A DNA stretch of 64,000 bases. Origin: Eledone cirrhosa (taxonomy: Eukaryota). Where the stretch lies: positions 32,178,001 to 32,242,000 of the forward strand of contig OZ024760.1 in the NCBI GenBank assembly GCA_964016885.1, written 5' to 3'. Position 1 is the stretch's first letter; every line of letters begins with the position of its first letter. Made by a program: the position numbers and the translations under genes. Positions 56,360-64,000 of the stretch are shown here, piece after piece. The notes below the pieces were generated by a model, which saw only the letters and a program-made list of their open reading frames with translations, had not been told where the DNA came from and made no database searches.

Positions 56360-59300
56360 TTACTGGGTACCTAGCTAGGGCAGTGTAGGGTTTACTGGGT
56401 ACCTAGGGTAGTGTAGGGTTTACTGGTACCTAGGTAGGGCAGTGTAGGGTTTACTGGGTACCTAGGTAGGGTAGTGTAGGGTTTACTGGGTACCTAGGTA
56501 GGGCAGTGTAGGGTTTACTGGGTACCTAGGGTAGTGTAGGGTTTACTGGTACCTAGGTAGGGTAGTGTAGGGTTTACTGGTACCTAGGTAGGGTAGTGTA
56601 GGGTTTACTGGTACCTAGGTAGAGTAGTGTAGGGTTTACTGGGTACCTAGGTAGAGCAGTGTAGGGTTTACTGGGTACCTAGGTAGGGCAGTGTAGGGTT
56701 TACTGGGTACCTAGGTAGGGTAGTGTAGGGTTTACTGGTACCTAGGTAGAGCAGTGTAGGGTTTACTGGGTACCTAGGTAGAGCAGTGTAGGGATTACTG
56801 GGTACCTAGGTAGGGTAGTGTAGGGTTTACTGGATACCTAGCGCAGTGTAGGGTTTACTGGGTACCTAGGTAGGGTAGTGTAGGGTTTACTGGTACCTAG
56901 GTAGAGCAGTGTAGGGTTTACTGGGTACCTAGGTAGAGCAGTGTAGGGATTACTGGGTACCTAGGTAGGGTAGTGTAGGGTTTACTGGATACCTAGCGCA
57001 GTGTGGGGTTTACTGGTTACCTAGGTAGGGTAGTGTAGGGTTTACTGGGTACCTAGCTAGGGCAGTGTAGGGATTACTGGGTACCTAGGTAGGGCAGTGT
57101 AGGGTTTACTGGATACCTAGCGCAGTGTAGGGTTTACTGGGTACCTAGGAAGGGCAGTGTAGGGATTACTGGATACCTAGCGCAGTGTAGGGTTTACTGG
57201 GTACCTAGGTAGGGTAGTGTAGGGTTTAGTGGGTACCTAGGTAGAGCAGTGTAGGGTTTACTGGGTACCTAGGTAGGGTAGTGTAGGGTTTACTGGTACC
57301 TAGGTAGGGCAGTGTAGGGTTTACTGGGTACCTAGGTAGAGTAGTGTAGGGTTTACTGGTACCTAGGTAGGGCAGTATAGGGATTACTGGATACCTAGCG
57401 CAGTGTAGGGTTTACTGGGTACCTAGGTAGGGCAGTGTAGGGTTTACTGGATACCTAGCGCAGTGTAGGGTTTACTGGGTACCTAGGTAGGGCAGTGTAG
57501 GGTTTACTGGGTACCTGGGTAGGGCAGTGTAGGGTTTACTGGTACTTAGGTAGAGCAGTGTAGGGTTTACTGGGTACCTAGGGTAGTGTAGGGTTTACTG
57601 GTACCTAGGTAGGGCAGTGTAGGGTTTACTGGGTACCTAGGTAGGGTAGTGTAGGGTTTACTGGGTACCTAGGTAGGGCAGTGTAGGGTTTACTGGGTAC
57701 CTAGGGTAGTGTAGGGTTTACTGGTACCTAGGTAGGGTAGTGTAGGGTTTACTGGTACCTAGGTAGGGTAGTGTAGGGTTTACTGGTACCTAGGTAGGGT
57801 AGTGTAGGGTTTACTGGGTACCTAGGTAGAGCAGTGTAGGGTTTACTGGGTACCTAGGTAGGGCAGTGTAGGGTTTACTGGGTACCTAGGTAGGGTAGTG
57901 TAGGGTTTACTGGTACCTAGGTAGAGCAGTGTAGGGTTTACTGGGTACCTAGGTAGAGCAGTGTAGGGATTACTGGGTACCTAGGTAGGGTAGTGTAGGG
58001 TTTACTGGATACCTAGCGCAGTGTAGGGTTTACTGGGTACCTAGGTAGGGCAGTGTAGGGTTTACTGGTACCTAGGTAGAGCAGTGTAGGGATTACTGGG
58101 TACCTAGGTAGGGCAGTGTAGGGTTTACTGGGTACCTAGGTAGGGTAGTGTAGGGTTTACTGGTACCTAGGTAGAGCAGTGTAGGGTTTACTGGGTACCT
58201 AGGTAGAGCAGTGTAGGGATTACTGGGTACCTAGGTAGGGTAGTGTAGGGTTTACTGGATACCTAGCGCAGTGTGGGGTTTACTGGGTACCTAGGTAGGG
58301 TAGTGTAGGGTTTACTGGGTACCTAGGTAGGGCAGTGTAGGGATTACTGGGTACCTAGATAGGGCAGTGTAGGGTTTACTGGATACCTAGCGCAGTGTAG
58401 GGTTTACTGGGTACCTAGGAAGGGCAGTGTAGGGATTACTGGATACCTAGCGCAGTGTAGGGTTTACTGGGTACCTAGGTAGGGTAGTGTAGGGTTTACT
58501 GGGTACCTAGCGCAGTGTAGGGTTTACTGGGTACCTAGGTAGGGTAGTGTAGGGTTTACTGGTACCTAGGTAGGGCAGTGTAGGGTTTACTGGGTACCTA
58601 GGTAGAGTAGTGTAGGGTTTATGGGTACCTAGGTAGGGCAGTATAGGGATTACTGGATACCTAGCGCAGTGTAGGGTTTACTGGGTACCTAGGTAGGGCA
58701 GTGTAGGGTTTACTGGATACCTAGCGCAGTGTAGGGTTTACTGGGTACCTAGGTAGGGCAGTGTAGGGTTTACTGGGTACCTAGGTAGGGCAGTGTAGGG
58801 TTTACTGGGTACTTAGGTAGGGCAGTGTATGGTTTACTGGGTACCTAGCACAGTGTAGGGTTTACTGGGTACCTAGGTAGAGCAGTGTAGGGTTTACTGG
58901 TACATAGGTAGGGTAGTGTAGGGTTTACTGGGTACCTAGGTAGGGTAGTGTAGGGTTTACTGGGTACCTAGGTAGAGCAGTGTAGGGTTTACTGGGTACC
59001 TAGGTAGGGTAGTGTAGGGTTTACTGGGTACCTAGGTAGAGCAGTGTAGGGTTTACTGGGTACCTAGATAGAGCAGTGTAGGGTTTAGTGGGTACCTAGG
59101 TAGAGCAGTGTAGGGTTTACTGGTACCTAGGTAGGGCAGTGTAGGGTTTACTGGGTACCTAGGTAGAGCAGTGTAGGGTTTACTGGGTACCTAGGTAGAG
59201 CAGTGTAGGGTTTACTGGGTACCTAGGTAGGGCAGTGTAGGGTTTACTAGTTACCTAGGTAAGGTAGTGTAGGGTTTACTGGGTACCTAGGTAGGGCAGT

Positions 59301-62300
59301 GTAGGGTTTACTGGGTACCTAGGTAAGGTAGTGTAGGGTTTACTGGGTACCTAGGTAGAGCAGTGTAGGGTTTACTGGGTACCTAGGTAGGGCAGTGTAG
59401 GGTTTACTGGGTACCTAGGTAAGGTAGTGTAGGGTTTACTGGGTACCTAGGTAGAGCAGTGTAGGGTTTACTGGGTACCTAGGTAGGGTAGTGTAGGGTT
59501 TACTGGGTACCTAGGTAGGGTAGTGTAGGGTTTACTGGGTACCTAGGTAGGGCAGTGTAGGGATTACTGGGTACCTAGATAGGGCAGTGTAGGGTTTACT
59601 GGATACCTAGCGCAGTGTAGGGTTTACTGGGTACCTAGGAAGGGCAGTGTAGGGATTACTGGATACCTAGCGCAGTGTAGGGTTTACTGGGTACCTAGGT
59701 AGGGTAGTGTAGGGTTTACTGGGTACCTAGCGCAGTGTAGGGTTTACTGGGTACCTAGGTAGGGTAGTGTAGGGTTTACTGGTACCTAGGTAGGGCAGTG
59801 TAGGGTTTACTGGGTACCTAGGTAGAGTAGTGTAGGGTTTACTGGTACCTAGGTAGGGCAGTATAGGGATTACTGGATACCTAGCGCAGTGTAGGGTTTA
59901 CTGGGTACCTAGGTAGGGCAGTGTAGGGTTTACTGGATACCTAGCGCAGTGTAGGGTTTACTGGGTACCTAGGTAGGGCAGTGTAGGGTTTACTGGGTAC
60001 CTAGGTAGGGCAGTGTAGGGTTTACTGGGTACTTAGGTAGGGTAGTGTAGGGTTTACTGGGTACCTAGCACAGTGTAGGGTTTACTGGGTACCTAGGTAG
60101 AGCAGTGTAGGGTTTACTGGTACATAGGTAGGGTAGTGTAGGGTTTACTGGGTACCTAGGTAGGGTAGTGTAGGGTTTACTGGGTACCTAGGTAGAGCAG
60201 TGTAGGGTTTACTGGGTACCTAGGTAGGGTAGTGTAGGGTTTACTGGGTACCTAGGTAGAGCAGTGTAGGGTTTACTGGGTACCTAGATAGAGCAGTGTA
60301 GGGTTTAGTGGGTACCTAGGTAGAGCAGTGTAGGGTTTACTGGTACCTAGGTAGGGCAGTGTAGGGTTTACTGGGTACCTAGGTAGAGCAGTGTAGGGTT
60401 TACTGGGTACCTAGGTAGAGCAGTGTAGGGTTTACTGGGTACCTAGGTAGGGCAGTGTAGGGTTTACTAGTTACCTAGGTAAGGTAGTGTAGGGTTTACT
60501 GGGTACCTAGGTAGGGCAGTGTAGGGTTTACTGGGTACCTAGGTAAGGTAGTGTAGGGTTTACTGGGTACCTAGGTAGAGCAGTGTAGGGTTTACTGGGT
60601 ACCTAGGTAGGGCAGTGTAGGGTTTACTAGGTACCTAGGTAAGGTAGTGTAGGGTTTACTGGGTACCTAGGTAGAGCAGTGTAGGGTTTACTGGGTACCT
60701 AGGTAGGGTAGTGTAGGGTTTACTGGGTACCTAGGTAGGGCAGTGTAGGGATTACTGGGTACCTAGATAGGGCAGTGTAGGGTTTACTGGATACCTAGCG
60801 CAGTGTAGGGTTTACTGGGTACCTAGGAAGGGCAGTGTAGGGATTACTGGATACCTAGCGCAGTGTAGGGTTTACTGGGTACCTAGGTAGGGTAGTGTAG
60901 GGTTTACTGGGTACCTAGCGCAGTGTAGGGTTTACTGGGTACCTAGGTAGGGTAGTGTAGGGTTTACTGGTACCTAGGTAGGGCAGTGTAGGGTTTACTG
61001 GGTACCTAGGTAGAGTAGTGTAGGGTTTACTGGTACCTAGGTAGGGCAGTATAGGGATTACTGGATACCTAGCGCAGTGTAGGGTTTACTGGGTACCTAG
61101 GTAGGGCAGTGTAGGGTTTACTGGATACCTAGCGCAGTGTAGGGTTTACTGGGTACCTAGGTAGGGCAGTGTAGGGTTTACTGGGTACCTAGGTAGGGCA
61201 GTGTAGGGTTTACTGGGTACTTAGGTAGGGCAGTGTAGGGTTTACTGGGTACCTAGCACAGTGTAGGGTTTACTGGGTACCTAGGTAGAGCAGTGTAGGG
61301 TTTACTGGTACATAGGTAGGGTAGTGTAGGGTTTACTGGGTACCTAGGTAGGGTAGTGTAGGGTTTACTGGGTACCTAGGTAGAGCAGTGTAGGGTTTAC
61401 TGGGTACCTAGGTAGGGTAGTGTAGGGTTTACTGGGTACCTAGGTAGAGCAGTGTAGGGTTTACTGGGTACCTAGATAGAGCAGTGTAGGGTTTAGTGGG
61501 TACCTAGGTAGAGCAGTGTAGGGTTTACTGGTACCTAGGTAGGGCAGTGTAGGGTTTACTGGGTACCTAGGTAGAGCAGTGTAGGGTTTACTGGGTACCT
61601 AGGTAGAGCAGTGTAGGGTTTACTGGGTACCTAGGTAGGGCAGTGTAGGGTTTACTAGTTACCTAGGTAAGGTAGTGTAGGGTTTACTGGGTACCTAGGT
61701 AGGGCAGTGTAGGGTTTACTGGGTACCTAGGTAAGGTAGTGTAGGGTTTACTGGGTACCTAGGTAGAGCAGTGTAGGGTTTACTGGGTACCTAGGTAGGG
61801 CAGTGTAGGGTTTACTGGGTACCTAGGTAAGGTAGTGTAGGGTTTACTGGGTACCTAGGTAGAGCAGTGTAGGGTTTACTGGGTACCTAGGTAGGGTAGT
61901 GTAGGGTTTACTGGGTACCTAGGTAGGGTAGTGTAGGGTTTACTGGGTACCTAGGTAGGGCAGTGTAGGGATTACTGGGTACCTAGATAGGGCAGTGTAG
62001 GGTTTACTGGATACCTAGCACAGTGTAGGGTTTACTGGGTACCTAGGAAGGGCAGTGTAGGGATTACTGGATACCTAGCGCAGTGTAGGGTTTACTGGGT
62101 ACCTAGGTAGGGTAGTGTAGGGTTTACTGGGTACCTAGCGCAGTGTAGGGTTTACTGGGTACCTAGGTAGGGTAGTGTAGGGTTTACTGGTACCTAGGTA
62201 GGGCAGTGTAGGGTTTACTGGGTACCTAGGTAGAGTAGTGTAGGGTTTACTGGTACCTAGGTAGGGCAGTATAGGGATTACTGGATACCTAGCGCAGTGT

Positions 62301-64000
62301 AGGGTTTACTGGGTACCTAGGTAGGGCAGTGTAGGGTTTACTGGATACCTAGCGCAGTGTAGGGTTTACTGGGTACCTAGGTAGGGCAGTGTAGGGTTTA
62401 CTGGGTACCTAGGTAGGGCAGTGTAGGGTTTACTGGGTACTTAGGTAGGGTAGTGTAGGGTTTACTGGGTACCTAGCACAGTGTAGGGTTTACTGGGTAC
62501 CTAGGTAGAGCAGTGTAGGGTTTACTGGTACATAGGTAGGGTAGTGTAGGGTTTACTGGGTACCTAGGTAGGGTAGTGTAGGGTTTACTGGGTACCTAGG
62601 TAGAGCAGTGTAGGGTTTACTGGGTACCTAGGTAGGGTAGTGTAGGGTTTACTGGGTACCTAGGTAGAGCAGTGTAGGGTTTACTGGGTACCTAGATAGA
62701 GCAGTGTAGGGTTTAGTGGGTACCTAGGTAGAGCAGTGTAGGGTTTACTGGTACCTAGGTAGGGCAGTGTAGGGTTTACTGGGTACCTAGGTAGAGCAGT
62801 GTAGGGTTTACTGGGTACCTAGGTAGAGCAGTGTAGGGTTTACTGGGTACCTAGGTAGGGCAGTGTAGGGTTTACTAGTTACCTAGGTAAGGTAGTGTAG
62901 GGTTTACTGGGTACCTAGGTAGGGCAGTGTAGGGTTTACTGGGTACCTAGGTAAGGTAGTGTAGGGTTTACTGGGTACCTAGGTAGAGCAGTGTAGGGTT
63001 TACTGGGTACCTAGGTAGGGCAGTGTAGGGTTTACTAGGTACCTAGGTAAGGTAGTGTAGGGTTTACTGGGTACCTAGGTAGAGCAGTGTAGGGTTTACT
63101 GGGTACCTAGGTAGGGTAGTGTAGGGTTTACTGGGTACCTAGGTAGGGTAGTGTAGGGTTTACTGGGTACCTAGGTAGGGCAGTGTAGGGTTTACTGGGT
63201 ACCTAGGTATGGCAGTGTAGGGTTTACTGGGTACCTAGGTAGAGCAGTGTAGGGTTTACTGGGTACCTAGGTAGGGCAGTGTAGGGTTTACTGGGTACCT
63301 AGGTAGGGCAGTGTAGGGTTTACTGGGTACCTAGGTAGGGCAGTGTAGGGTTTACTGGGTACCTAGGTAGAGCAGTGTAGGGTTTACTGGGTACCTAGGT
63401 AGGGCAGTGTAGGGTTTACTGGGTACCTAGGTAGAGCAGTGTAGGGTTTACTGGGTACCTAGGTAGGGCAGTGTAGGGTTTACTGGGTACCTAGGTAGAG
63501 CAGTGTAGGGTTTACTGGGTACCTAGGTAGGGTAGTGTAGGGTTTACTGGGTACCTAGGTAGGGCAGTGTAGGGTTTACTGGGTACCTAGGTAGGGCAGT
63601 GTTGTGTTTACTGGGTACCTAGGTAGGGCAGTGTAGGGTTTACTGGGTACCTAGGTAGAGCAGTGTAGGGTTTACTGGGTACCTAGGTAGGGCAGTGTAG
63701 GGTTTACTGGGTACCTAGGTAGGGCAGTGTAGGGTTTACTGGGTACCTAGGTAGAGCAGTGTAGGGTTTACTGGTTACCTAGGTAGGGCAGTGTAGGGTT
63801 TACTGGGTACCTAGGTAGGGCAGTGTAGGGTTTACTGGGTACCTATAGGGCAGTGTAGGGTTTACTGGGTACCTAGGTAGAGCAGTGTAGGGTTTACTGG
63901 GTACCTAGCGCAGTGTAGGGTTTACTGGGTACCTAGGTAGAGCAGTGTAGGGTTTACTGGGTACCTAGCGCAGTGTAGGGTTTACTGGGTACCTAGCACA
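56360..64000. repeat. Tandem satellite, 32-bp consensus GTGTAGGGTTTACTGGGTACCTAGGTAGGGCA (27-32-bp variants), running off the window
   Basis: Direct reading. Each consensus monomer has GGTACC, CCTAGG and the palindrome TACCTAGGTA. Confidence 0.98.

Noticed and set aside
56360-64000. CRISPR array or true telomere
   Set aside because: Head-to-tail monomers without unique spacers, and no (TTAGGG)n run.

Overview
Repeat-saturated eukaryotic DNA, probably cephalopod/octopus-like (inferred from the SINE, RTE and microsatellite make-up). No host gene is convincingly visible. Bases 1-51 kb are a chain of retroelements separated by (TA)n/(CA)n tracts. These include seven truncated Penelope-like elements (PLEs) with C-terminal GIY-YIG endonucleases (four with a CxCx5C linker, three Neptune-type), RTE and CR1-like LINE fragments, tRNA-derived SINEs and two mariner-type MITEs. 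The signal the ORF track misses is about 22 hammerhead-ribozyme motifs (CYGANGA...GAAA...UH with pairable stems), found by eye on both strands. They lie near the 3' ends of the PLEs and in many short non-coding (TA)n-flanked units with inverted or tandem termini, i.e. a retrozyme-like set of non-autonomous elements. Several share an unusual conserved C-C mismatch in stem II. From 52.6 kb there are trinucleotide-derived minisatellites, then a 7.6-kb G-rich 32-bp satellite with ~1.2-kb and 2.4-kb higher-order periodicity. Almost all YI/CV/HT-rich ORFs are microsatellite artefacts. All structures were folded manually, so coordinates may be off by a few bases.
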